A DNA stretch of 64,000 nt from an uncultured virus (IMG/VR IMGVR_UViG_3300044996_000468) (lineage: Duplodnaviria; Heunggongvirae; Uroviricota; Caudoviricetes). How positions within the stretch are numbered: the first letter of the stretch is position 1; every line of letters starts with the position of its first letter. This document shows, in pieces, positions 36,384 through 45,571 of the stretch. The stretch spans positions 1 to 64,000 of IMG/VR virus record IMGVR_UViG_3300044996_000468, one strand, 5' to 3'. Made by a program: the position numbers and the translations under genes. The notes below the pieces were generated by a model. That model was given only the letters and a program-made list of their open reading frames with translations. It was not told the origin of the DNA and ran no database searches.

Positions 36384-36914
36384 TCAGCCGGGCAACGGCG
36401 CTTCCGCTTCGAACTTCTTCTCGACGGGACCGCCGAGCACGATCTCGGGGACGTGTTCGTACGTGAGTAGATCACCATCGAACGTCGCCTCGACACGGAT
36501 CTGATCGATGCGCTTGCGCTTGCCGTCGATGGCGACGTCGAACGACTCACGCGCACGAGCATCGAGCATGATGCAATCGCCGTGTCGCAGAAGCAGTGGC
36601 TGCTTCGGCGTCCATCGGAAAGTGCTATGGCCGTCGACGACCTGGAGTGGCAACGACTCGCCGATGTTGCGATTCCTCGCGGCATCGTGTGCGCTGATCT
36701 TGATCAACCGATCGAGGATGGGAGGCTGCACGTCACAGACAGCCCCCTCGGCGAGTGCAGTGAACTTGAACAGGATCGAAGACACTTCGAAGTCTTGGTA
36801 CATCGAGTGAAGTCCGGTCTTGTCTGGGAACACGATCTTCTCACCTGCCTTCACGGTGACTTCGCCGCTGCGGGTGAAGGGGTCGCGATCGACGACGGGC
36901 TTTCCGTTCTGCAC
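36384..36914 (-). CDS. hypothetical beta-rich protein
   Basis: AAGGAG RBS before GTG 36914; 3' part of track ORF 36384..37448. Confidence 0.65.
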   Translation of the reverse strand: MQNGKPVVDRDPFTRSGEVTVKAGEKIVFPDKTGLHSMYQDFEVSSILFKFTALAEGAVCDVQPPILDRLIKISAHDAARNRNIGESLPLQVVDGHSTFRWTPKQPLLLRHGDCIMLDARARESFDVAIDGKRKRIDQIRVEATFDGDLLTYEHVPEIVLGGPVEKKFEAEAPLPG

Positions 36915-36934
36915 GAGATCTCCTTGGTGAATCG

Positions 36935-38917
36935 TTAGAAGTCGGCGTTCAGGTCGACTTCGCCTTCGACGCCCTGTTGGTACGCCGACGCACGGCGTTC
37001 GAAGAAGTTGGTCATCTCTTGGACGTCCTGCAGGTCCATGAACCCGAACGGATTCTTGACGTTGAACGTCTTGCTGTAGCCGAGCGCCGCAAGACGCTGA
37101 TCGGCGACGAACTGGAGGTACGTCACGACGTCGTTGACCGAGAGGCCGGCGACGCCACCTGCCAGGAGGTCTTCCGCGAAGGCGGCTTCGCAGTCGATAG
37201 CTTCGTCGATCATCTGTCGGACGTCGCGTTCCAGTTCGGCGTCGAACAATTCGGGTTCTTCGCGGCGGACGGTGGCGACGACCGCGAACGCGAACGTCAT
37301 GTGACAGTTGCCAGTGATCGAGACTTTGTTGTTGTAGCGCATCACAAAAGCGCCGGTTGGGACGGTTACACAGTGAACGTTCCCGTCGTATGCGACGATG
37401 TCGTCGAGGATCGACCCGCACGACACGATATCGACGTCGTGGATCCACGTACGGTACATCGTCGAGTACGTATCCGATCTGTGATCTTCTTCGATGCCGA
37501 ACGTGGCGTGTCGACCGCCTAGCGTTGCCACAGCTTGAACGACGTCGACGTTGTCGCGGAACTTGGACGAGTAGTAGATGTAGTAGCCGTCCATTGGATC
37601 GGCTGGCGTATGTCCGTCCCAGTGCCGAAGTTCTTCGACGAAGTCAGTAGCCCACTTGGTGTCGATCTTCGTCAAGTCGACCCACGTGTTCAGGTGCTTG
37701 CTGAGAGGTGTAGAAGCGGGGACGTTGATGAAGAACTCGTTCCAGCCGTTCTCGTCGCAGTCAACTTTGTACTTCCAACCGAGACGCGTGACGAGATCTG
37801 TCAATCTCGCGATTTTGCGATCACGCCGCAGAGAGAACTTCGCCGGGACCGTCCCGCAACGCTCGCCGGTATACCGCTCGCTGAGGTGCCCGTCGGCTTG
37901 GAACGCGATCAAGAAACGTTGCTCGTCGGTAAGCTCCGGTGCGACCTGTAGCGCGTGTCCTGCCACTGGAAGCTTCTTCTTGCCGTTGATCTTGAATTCA
38001 GACGCCGGCTGCTTGGACCACTGCTTCTGATAGTCCCAGCGCTGCACGATGTCGTGATCCATTGTCATCATCTGATCGACACCACCCTTGCGGTGTCGCA
38101 GATGTCGAACAGATCCTCGGTGCGGCTTGTGAAGCACCCTGAGCGGCTTCACGAATGAAATTTCATGAGTCTGAAGATCGAACTGGGCGACCTGTGTGTC
38201 TTCCGTCAGCTCACGGAAGTCGACCCAACCCTTGGGGGTTAGCACTTCGGTGCCGTCAACCATACAACTCTCATCTCTAAACACCCAGTTGGTGCCGTCG
38301 GCGAGGCCGGGCAGGAGGCCCTTCGAGCGCAGGAAGTAGACGTAGGCGAACGCGCCGAAGAAGAACAGACCTTCGATGCACGCGGCGAAGCAGATCAGAT
38401 TCGAGAGAAACTGTCGACGCTGGCGGGGCGTGCTGATCCGATCGAGCGATTGGATCGAGTCGATCCAGCGAAGACAGAAGTCAGCTTTCTGTTTGATCGA
38501 CGGGATCGTCTCGACGGCGGCGAACGCTTTCTGTCGCTCGCTGTGTTCGGGGACGTAGGTGTCGAGCAGGGTCAGATAGAACTGGACGTGGAGCGCTTCC
38601 TCGAAGAGCTGTCGCGACAAGTACATCCGCGCCTCGGGGGCGTTGACGTGCTTGTAGAGGTTCAGCACGAGGTTGTTCGCGACGATCGAGTCGCCCGTCG
38701 CGAAGAACGCGACGAGCCGTTGGATCAGGTGACGTTCAGCCGACGTCATCTTGGTGAGGTCGGCGACGTCCGTCGAGAAGTTGATCTCCTCGACGGTCCA
38801 CGTGTTCTTGATCGCCGCGCGGTACATCTCGAAGAACTGTGGATAGATCATCGGCCGCAGCGTCAGACACATCCCAGGATCGAGGAGACGCGCTGGTCGC
38901 TGCATGTCGATGTTCAC
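36935..38917 (-). CDS. nrdB: class Ia ribonucleotide reductase beta subunit, intein-containing
   Basis: W..EE, FFATGDSIV, EEALH..FY, EGLFF..AF, RDES|CH, NFFE. Confidence 0.95.
   Translation of the reverse strand: MNIDMQRPARLLDPGMCLTLRPMIYPQFFEMYRAAIKNTWTVEEINFSTDVADLTKMTSAERHLIQRLVAFFATGDSIVANNLVLNLYKHVNAPEARMYLSRQLFEEALHVQFYLTLLDTYVPEHSERQKAFAAVETIPSIKQKADFCLRWIDSIQSLDRISTPRQRRQFLSNLICFAACIEGLFFFGAFAYVYFLRSKGLLPGLADGTNWVFRDESCMVDGTEVLTPKGWVDFRELTEDTQVAQFDLQTHEISFVKPLRVLHKPHRGSVRHLRHRKGGVDQMMTMDHDIVQRWDYQKQWSKQPASEFKINGKKKLPVAGHALQVAPELTDEQRFLIAFQADGHLSERYTGERCGTVPAKFSLRRDRKIARLTDLVTRLGWKYKVDCDENGWNEFFINVPASTPLSKHLNTWVDLTKIDTKWATDFVEELRHWDGHTPADPMDGYYIYYSSKFRDNVDVVQAVATLGGRHATFGIEEDHRSDTYSTMYRTWIHDVDIVSCGSILDDIVAYDGNVHCVTVPTGAFVMRYNNKVSITGNCHMTFAFAVVATVRREEPELFDAELERDVRQMIDEAIDCEAAFAEDLLAGGVAGLSVNDVVTYLQFVADQRLAALGYSKTFNVKNPFGFMDLQDVQEMTNFFERRASAYQQGVEGEVDLNADF
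37307..38266 (-). mobile_element. LAGLIDADG intein (320 aa) in NrdB
   Basis: S|CMVDGTEVLTPKGW...VHCVTVPTG...ITGN|C; AFQADG and RHWDG blocks. Confidence 0.92.
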
Positions 38918-41295
38918 TGGCAGGCCTCACAGCTCTCGGGATTCTCCAACGAACATGCGATCGCGGCCTCGTCAGGCATCACGGATGCCACGTTCGTCTT
39001 CGCGATCCTGGTTGCCGGGCGCGAGCGTAGGTAGTACGTCGTCTTCAGGCCGGCCTTCCAGGCGTAGAAGTACATCGACGAGAGCGCTCCGATGTTCGGG
39101 TTCTCGACGAACAGGTTCAGCGACTGGCTCTGATCGATGAAGGCGCCACGCTCGGCGGCCATATCGATCAGCGCACGCATCGGCAGCTCCCATGCGGTGC
39201 GGAACACCTTGCGGACGTCTTCGGGGACTTCCGCGAGCGTGTGAACCGAGCCCTCGGCGTTCTTGATCCGCGTCCGTGTGTGCTCCGTCCAGAGGCCGAG
39301 ACGCTTGAGCGCGTCGACGAGGTAACGGTTGACCTGCAGGAAGTCACCGGACATCGTCTCGCGCTTGAAGAGGTTCGAGACCTGTGGCTCGATGCACTCG
39401 TAGCAGCCTGCGATCGACGCGATGGTCGCGGTCGGCGCGATCGCGATCGTCAACGAGTTGCGAAGGCCCGTCTTCTTGATCCGCTCGCGTAACACGTTCC
39501 AGCGAACCGGATCGCGAGGGACGACGTTCCACGCGTCGAACTGCAACTCGCCGTGTGCGGCGCGCGTATCATCGAACGTCTCGTGCTTGCCCTTCTCGAC
39601 GGCGAGGTCGGCGGACGTCGTCAGCGCGTGGAAGTAGATCTCCTCCGAGATCCGTTTCGAGAGGTCTCGGGCTTCCGACGAGTCGAACGCCCAGCCGAGT
39701 TGGAAGAAGACGTCCTGCAGTCCCATGATCCCGAGGCCCACGGGACGCCATCGCATGTTCGAGCGCTTGGTGCTCGGGATCGTGTAGAAGTTGACATCGA
39801 TGACGAAGTCGAGCTGACGGATCGCGGTACGCACCGTACGCGCCAGCTTGGTGAAGTCGAACTTGCCGTCGATGACGTGGCGACCGAGGTTGATCGAGCC
39901 GAGGTTGCAGACCGCGGTCTCGTCTTGCGACGTGACTTCGAGGACCTCCGTGCAGAGATTGGACAGATGCACGACGCGATCGGGCGACCACGTCTGGTTG
40001 CACGCGCGGTTACACGCGTCCTTCCAGGTCATCCAACCGTTGCCGGTCTGCGCGAGCGTACGCATCATCTTGGCGTACAGGTCGCGTGCCTTGACGGTCT
40101 TCGCGGCGAGGCCGGCAGCTTCGGCCTTGATGTACTGCCTTTCGAATTCCGCACCCCAGACGTCACAGAGCGTCGGGACCATCTTCGGATCGAAGAGGCT
40201 CCACGGTTCGTCCGCTTCGACGCGGCGCATGAACAGATCCGGAACCCAGTTCGCGAGATGAAGGTTGTGGGTTCGGCTGCCCTCATCGCCCGTGTTGTTG
40301 CGCAGCTCCAGAAACTCCTCGATGTCGGCGTGCCACGTCTCCAGGTACACGCACGCTGCGCCCTTGCGCTTGCCGCCCTGGTTGACTGCTGCGACGCTTG
40401 CGTCGAGCGTCTTCAGCCACGGCACGATGCCGTTCGAGTGGCCGTTCGTGCTGGAGATCAGTGAGCCGCGTGACCGCACGCGGTGGTACGCCAGGCCGAT
40501 GCCGCCGGAGAACTTCGACAACAACGCGACGTCGGAGTACCGCCCGTAGATGTTCTCCAGGTGATCTTTTGGCGAGTCGAGCAGGAAACAGCTCGACAGT
40601 TGCTCATGCGCTGTACCGGCGTTGAACAGCGTCGGCGAGCCCGGGAGATACTCCAGTGCGGAGAGGAGCGCGTACAGCTCCAACGCTTCGGAACATGTCG
40701 AGGTGAGCGCGCACGCGATGCGCAAGAAGAACTGCTGCGGCGTCTCGATCACCTGTCGCGACGTCGGATGACGAAGCAGGTAGCGATCGTAGAGTGTGCG
40801 CAGGCCGAAGTACTCGAAGTTGTCGTCGGCGAGCGGGTTGACCGCATCGTTGAGCTTGCGCGTGTGGTGTCCGACGAACGTTGCCAACCGTTCGTTGATG
40901 AAGCCGAGCTGCACGCCTGCGTCGATCGACTGGCTGAAGGCGTGGATCTTTTGGCTTTGTACTTCCTTGGCAATGTAGTTCGCCAGAATGCGTGCCGCAA
41001 GACGGCTGTACTGCGGCTCTTCGGCGGTGAGACCGGCCGCGGTCTGGATCGACAAGAGATCCAGCTCTCGTGTAGTGGCGCCGTCGTAGAGGCCGCTGAT
41101 GGTTCGTGTGGCGACCTGGAGCGCGTCGACGTCCTTGAGACCTCCGCAGCACCGACTGATCGCACGCACGATCTTATTGATGTCGGCGATCTCCGATGAG
41201 CCGTCACGCTTGGTGACCCTCATCGTGGTGTGCGTCTTTAGATCGGGGTTGGTGAGAGTTGTTGCCCGTTGGCTGTACGACCGCGTAACAGACAT
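38914..41295 (-). CDS. nrdA: class Ia ribonucleotide reductase alpha subunit with ATP cone
   Basis: VTKRDG cone, SPTLFNAG, SSCFL, SNLCTE, CNLGS, APTATI, KTTYYLR, C-terminal CEAC. Confidence 0.97.
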   Translation of the reverse strand: MSVTRSYSQRATTLTNPDLKTHTTMRVTKRDGSSEIADINKIVRAISRCCGGLKDVDALQVATRTISGLYDGATTRELDLLSIQTAAGLTAEEPQYSRLAARILANYIAKEVQSQKIHAFSQSIDAGVQLGFINERLATFVGHHTRKLNDAVNPLADDNFEYFGLRTLYDRYLLRHPTSRQVIETPQQFFLRIACALTSTCSEALELYALLSALEYLPGSPTLFNAGTAHEQLSSCFLLDSPKDHLENIYGRYSDVALLSKFSGGIGLAYHRVRSRGSLISSTNGHSNGIVPWLKTLDASVAAVNQGGKRKGAACVYLETWHADIEEFLELRNNTGDEGSRTHNLHLANWVPDLFMRRVEADEPWSLFDPKMVPTLCDVWGAEFERQYIKAEAAGLAAKTVKARDLYAKMMRTLAQTGNGWMTWKDACNRACNQTWSPDRVVHLSNLCTEVLEVTSQDETAVCNLGSINLGRHVIDGKFDFTKLARTVRTAIRQLDFVIDVNFYTIPSTKRSNMRWRPVGLGIMGLQDVFFQLGWAFDSSEARDLSKRISEEIYFHALTTSADLAVEKGKHETFDDTRAAHGELQFDAWNVVPRDPVRWNVLRERIKKTGLRNSLTIAIAPTATIASIAGCYECIEPQVSNLFKRETMSGDFLQVNRYLVDALKRLGLWTEHTRTRIKNAEGSVHTLAEVPEDVRKVFRTAWELPMRALIDMAAERGAFIDQSQSLNLFVENPNIGALSSMYFYAWKAGLKTTYYLRSRPATRIAKTNVASVMPDEAAIACSLENPESCEACQ

Positions 41296-41411
41296 GAATT
41301 CTCCCTGAGACGAAGAGGACTGCTAACAGCTCACTGTGGACGGCTCTCTTGAACGAAATGGTCCGCGGCGTGGGTCCGATCCCACGTTACGCTGGTGATA
41401 GCCCGCGGGTC

Positions 41412-41427
41412 GATCGCGCGCACGATC
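41412..41427. promoter_or_regulatory. palindromic motif GATCG-N6-CGATC, copy 6
   Basis: GATCGCGCGCACGATC in the leader upstream of nrdA. Confidence 0.5.
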
Positions 41428-41465
41428 ATCGGATGATCAACGTTGAGCGATCAACGATCAGTCGG

Positions 41466-42041
41466 TTAACGACCCGCGCGGGCGCCGTTCCCGCTGGGCG
41501 GGGACTGCGGACGACGCGGTGCGTTCGACGTCGGCTTGGTGGGCTGCGCCGGGGGCGGCTGCGCCGGGGGCGGAGCTGCCGCTTGCGCCTGGCCGACATC
41601 GGCGCCGACCGGACGCTCACGCACCCACGACGTGAAGTCGCGCTCGACCTCGTTGCCCATCTTGTCGATGGTCTTGCCGGCGCGCTTCTCGACGTCCGCC
41701 GTGAAGCTCAGGCCGACGAGCTGGTCGGTGTCGAACCCACCGTTGTCGTCGATCACCGCGTTGGAAGCGGTCAGGAACGACAGCATACGACCGCGCGCGA
41801 AGTCGCTGTCGTTGACGAGGTACGAGTTGACCATCGTACGCCCCATCATCGGGTTGCCCTCGGGACCGACGACCTGACCGGTGACCTTGAGGGTGTTGTT
41901 GCCCGCGTTCGACGTTCCGGTCGCAACCTTCGTGATCTCGAAGTCGTACGTGCCGGGATCGACGGACTGGAACCCGCCGTCGTTCGGACGGAGGTTCGGG
42001 TCCTTCAGGTTCATGCTGCTGATGATCTTGACGTGATCCAT
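41466..42041 (-). CDS. phage ssDNA-binding protein-like (DUF669-like)
   Basis: GGFQSVDPGTYDFEI..., Pro/Ala/Gln-rich tail; follows the AAA_24 gene. Confidence 0.65.
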   Translation of the reverse strand: MDHVKIISSMNLKDPNLRPNDGGFQSVDPGTYDFEITKVATGTSNAGNNTLKVTGQVVGPEGNPMMGRTMVNSYLVNDSDFARGRMLSFLTASNAVIDDNGGFDTDQLVGLSFTADVEKRAGKTIDKMGNEVERDFTSWVRERPVGADVGQAQAAAPPPAQPPPAQPTKPTSNAPRRPQSPPSGNGARAGR

Positions 42042-42074
42042 GTGACTCTCTCCCTGGTTTGCTTGGTTGTCTCG

Positions 42075-43043
42075 CTACCTGGACGACGGTCGTCCAGACT
42101 GTGCCGCTGTCTGAGGACGCACCGGCGCCTTGCCTCTGTTGTTGGGCGTTGGCGTCGGATCTGGTGTAGCAGTCGCCGGAGCGACTACTGAAGGCTCTGG
42201 GGTCGCTGCAGCGACTGGTTGTGCAGTCTCGCTTGGAAGCGACACTGGAGTCTCCGGTGGAAGATCGAAAAGATCTTCGACGCGTTCGAGCGGATCGAGG
42301 ATCCCGAGCGCTTCTGCGAGAGTGCGGTAGGTGCACTCGGGGATGAAGACGTCCTTGTTGTCGGCGCCCTCGGTGATGTAACCGAGCGGATCGGGAAGAC
42401 GACCTTCGTCGCGACCGCCTGCTGCGTAGCTGCCGAACTTGCGCGTTCGGACTTCCCACTGTAACGGCCCGTTGCCGCTCTGAAAGTGACGGTGGTAGAG
42501 CAGGTAGTCGCAACCTGCCGAGAACTTCTGCGCGTTCTGTCCTGACAGCATCGGACCGCCGACGGGCTGTTCTTCGCCAGGATCCTTGGCGAGGCAGAGC
42601 CAGACGACGTTGCATCCGAGAAGGTGAATCTCTTCGCGCAACGTCTTCAGGTGCGCGGCGAGCTTCTGGTAGAGACGGCGCGGGTCGCGTTCGCCGCCAG
42701 CAGACTCGAAGAAGTTGAAGACGAGATCCGAGTAGAACGTCAGCGAGTCGATGACGATCGTGCGCACTTCACCGCGTTTGATCAGCGGCTCGGCGTCCTT
42801 CACCGCCTTGGTCATGTCGATCATCTTCTCGATCGCCCAGACCTTCGGATCGCGCCCTTCTTCGAAGAGGATGCTCTTGTCCATGTTCTGCAGCGTCGTC
42901 CAGCCGGACTCGGTGGCGTCCGAGAGGAACAGCGGTCTCGGCCAGCTGCCGGCGAAGCGTGTCTTGCCGCTTCGCGACGCGCCGTAGGAGAGCGCGGTGA
43001 TGCGCTGATGCTTTCCCGGTTTCGATACGTCGATTACACGCAT
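42075..43043 (-). CDS. AAA_24 / Sak4-like ATPase
   Basis: YGASRSGKT, TIVIDSLT; adjacent to nuclease and SSB-like genes. Confidence 0.8.
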   Translation of the reverse strand: MRVIDVSKPGKHQRITALSYGASRSGKTRFAGSWPRPLFLSDATESGWTTLQNMDKSILFEEGRDPKVWAIEKMIDMTKAVKDAEPLIKRGEVRTIVIDSLTFYSDLVFNFFESAGGERDPRRLYQKLAAHLKTLREEIHLLGCNVVWLCLAKDPGEEQPVGGPMLSGQNAQKFSAGCDYLLYHRHFQSGNGPLQWEVRTRKFGSYAAGGRDEGRLPDPLGYITEGADNKDVFIPECTYRTLAEALGILDPLERVEDLFDLPPETPVSLPSETAQPVAAATPEPSVVAPATATPDPTPTPNNRGKAPVRPQTAAQSGRPSSR

Positions 43044-43109
43044 GGCTCTCCCTTAGCTCTCTGTGGTTGCGTTGTCAGACGAAGGTTGCAGGTGTCGGTC
43101 TGCACACCG

Positions 43110-45386
43110 TTACTCGTTGGTTGAGGTCTCCGCCGAAGAAACGCCGTTTGCCGTATCGCTCGACGGCGTCGTGAGATCAAGTCCCATCTGCGACTCAGTC
43201 GCTTCCGCGATCGGTGCATCGGCAGCCTTCGCCGCCTTGGCTGCGCGCACCGCCTTCTCAAGTCTGCGAAGCGGCGTGAGCTTTTCGTTCGTCGAGCAGT
43301 GTTGAAACAACGAACACATGCCGTAACGATGGACGCAGTTGTTGCGAGCCTTCGGCCAGGTGTTCGTTGCGCGACACATCTCTTGGTACGCCGCCCACAC
43401 GCGTAGATCGTCGTCGTGGCCGCTGACGTGCCACGCTTGGGCCGGCACGATGATGCGTTGAAACTGGGGGATCTTCTGTTTGCCGACGATATTGACGATG
43501 GTGCCGCGCAGCTTGCCGTACTTCTTGTCGAGCTTGGCCTGTTTCCAGACCATGATCTGTCCCAAGATTTCGCCGTCGTTGTGCCAGCCTTCGAGAAGGT
43601 CTGCGGTGAATCGGGAGGCCGTGTTGTGGGTGATGATTCCGTTCGCGACGAAGTTGTGAACGCGCGGAACGGTGATGTCATACATCATCGCGCGACCGCT
43701 GACGACGACGTGGCTAACACGATCCCAGGTCAATTCGGCGTAGATGACGTTGTCGAATTCCTTGGATGGGCGATCGACGGCGTACTTCTTCAGCGTCTCG
43801 CGTTCGACGGCGCGATTCTTGAGCTGCTGTCGAAGGGCGCCAGGTTGATTCTCGACGGGTACGTGCAGTTTGACGTATGTCGACGGAACGTAGGCGTCGT
43901 CGCCCTGCTTGAGGCAACGAAGGACAGGGCGTACGTCGTACTTTACGAACCACACGTGCTTGTCATCGATGGCGCACAGGAAACGACGTTTGCCTTCGCG
44001 CGTGATGACTTTGGTGGTCCACACGTCGCGACGTTCGCCGTCGTACTCGACGGAAGACTCGGTGACCGAAGACGGAATGCCGCGTCGATGAAGAAGTGCT
44101 TGTACGCCCATGCACAGCTTCTCGCTACGTGAGACGTACGCGATTCGAACCTTGTCTTGTGACGGCTTGCCGTCGTTACGGTCCTCGCGGAAGAGGTCGA
44201 CACATCCGTCGGTGTTCCACAGCGCGCCGAGAAGAATGTCGACTTGACGATCAGGACAACCGAACAGCTGGTCGGGGATGAACTTGGTGGCTGCCAAGCA
44301 TTCAGAAAGGCCAAGTTCGTCGAGGAGTACCTGTGCCGGGTTGTCGGTCGCACGGGAGACAGATACCGTCGGAGCGCGTTCTTCGCTTCGAAAGAGCGTC
44401 GGCTTGGCGCCGATCGTGGCAGCGACGTCCTGGAAACGTTCAAGGATCGCCTCGTTGGTGTTTGTGAACTTGCCGTTCGTCATGCAGCCGTCGCCGAGCA
44501 TGAGACCGACGAATTCAACTTGCGCGTCGGTGAACGGACTCGGGCCGTCGTAACCGCCGGTTGACGGCGCGATCGCAACCCAGTCTTCGTGCGTTAGCGC
44601 TGCAGCAGGAACCCAACCGCGTGCGGTCAGAAACGGGTGATTGTCAGAAGTGCGCAGCCGGCGACCGGATTCCAAAACGACTTCATAGACGTCCCGGACC
44701 GACGTTGGCTCGGGAACACCTGCGCGAGTCTTGACCATCCGTCGCGTGTTCTCGTCGTAGGCCAGGACGATCGGCTCTTGCTTGCGTGCTGCTAGCTCTG
44801 CAATGGACAGCAGCTCGCCGGTGCCGTAATCGAACAGCTTCTCGTCAGCGTGGAGGCACTTGTGTTCGATGATCCACGTGCCTTCACGGATGCCCGGCTG
44901 ATCTTCGACGACGCGCGCGATCAAGTCGTACCGGCACGTATTGCCGCGATCACCCATTGCCCAGTCCTCGATCGCGATCGGGTCGAGGTAGTCGTTCGGG
45001 TAGTGATCGCGGTACGACTCGTAACACTTCCACCCGGCGAGGACGGCTTCCATGCGTGCGCCGCCTTCGATGAGCAGCTCACGACACATGTCAGGCGTGA
45101 GCTTGAGGTTCTCGTCCATCATCCACAAGTAGTGGAGCGCCATGAACGTGTGAAACGCTGAGCCGGTCTCCAGCGCCATCGCTGCTGGACCGCGCTCGCC
45201 GTCGATGTAGTTGACCTTGTAGAGATACGGACAGCGTTGGAACGTTGCGTACGACGACCAGCCGCGCCCGGATGCTCCGCCGAGGCGTTCCATCCCGAAC
45301 TTCTTGAAAATCTCTTCGAGGACGTCGTCGAGACGACGAATGTCGTCGCGCGGCATGAGGCTGATGACGGTACCGTCGACGTTCAT
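43110..45386 (-). CDS. PD-(D/E)XK Cas4/AddB-like exonuclease, intein-containing
   Basis: SSY..FQRCP, G.AFH, RYDL, IIEHK|T, Q...Y-like, C-terminal C...C..F..C. Confidence 0.85.
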   Translation of the reverse strand: MNVDGTVISLMPRDDIRRLDDVLEEIFKKFGMERLGGASGRGWSSYATFQRCPYLYKVNYIDGERGPAAMALETGSAFHTFMALHYLWMMDENLKLTPDMCRELLIEGGARMEAVLAGWKCYESYRDHYPNDYLDPIAIEDWAMGDRGNTCRYDLIARVVEDQPGIREGTWIIEHKCLHADEKLFDYGTGELLSIAELAARKQEPIVLAYDENTRRMVKTRAGVPEPTSVRDVYEVVLESGRRLRTSDNHPFLTARGWVPAAALTHEDWVAIAPSTGGYDGPSPFTDAQVEFVGLMLGDGCMTNGKFTNTNEAILERFQDVAATIGAKPTLFRSEERAPTVSVSRATDNPAQVLLDELGLSECLAATKFIPDQLFGCPDRQVDILLGALWNTDGCVDLFREDRNDGKPSQDKVRIAYVSRSEKLCMGVQALLHRRGIPSSVTESSVEYDGERRDVWTTKVITREGKRRFLCAIDDKHVWFVKYDVRPVLRCLKQGDDAYVPSTYVKLHVPVENQPGALRQQLKNRAVERETLKKYAVDRPSKEFDNVIYAELTWDRVSHVVVSGRAMMYDITVPRVHNFVANGIITHNTASRFTADLLEGWHNDGEILGQIMVWKQAKLDKKYGKLRGTIVNIVGKQKIPQFQRIIVPAQAWHVSGHDDDLRVWAAYQEMCRATNTWPKARNNCVHRYGMCSLFQHCSTNEKLTPLRRLEKAVRAAKAAKAADAPIAEATESQMGLDLTTPSSDTANGVSSAETSTNE
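43623..44858 (-). mobile_element. LAGLIDADG intein (412 aa) in the PD-(D/E)XK nuclease
   Basis: K|CLHADE...TSDNHPFLT...YDITVPRVHNFVANGIITHN|T; GLMLGDG and LWNTDG blocks. Confidence 0.93.
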
Positions 45387-45571
45387 TTCGAAATCCTTGC
45401 TCGGGGGTACTTCGGCTCACCGTCGACCGCAACGACTTCGCTCGGAGCAATCCAACCACAACCATCGCACTCGAACTCTTCGTGCATGCGAAGCACGCCG
45501 TCGCCGTCGAGGTCTTTCTCGCGAAGGATCGTCTCGACGTCGTTGCCGCAAGCGCGATGGATTTCTTTCAT
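45383..45571 (-). CDS. small Zn-ribbon hypothetical protein
   Basis: HRAC...CDGC; ATGA overlaps on both sides. Confidence 0.55.
   Translation of the reverse strand: MKEIHRACGNDVETILREKDLDGDGVLRMHEEFECDGCGWIAPSEVVAVDGEPKYPRARISK

Noticed and set aside
41296..41465. Cobalamin riboswitch or other known ncRNA in the nrdA leader
   Set aside because: Hairpins are present (CGTGGG...CCCACG), but I cannot see the B12-box or other diagnostic motifs. An Rfam/Infernal scan is needed.
27718..45386. Type IV or other CRISPR-Cas locus from DinG plus Cas4-like nuclease plus Cas3
   Set aside because: The genes are far apart and embedded in an ordinary phage replication/recombination operon. No csf, cas5, cas7 or cas1 genes and no array are visible.
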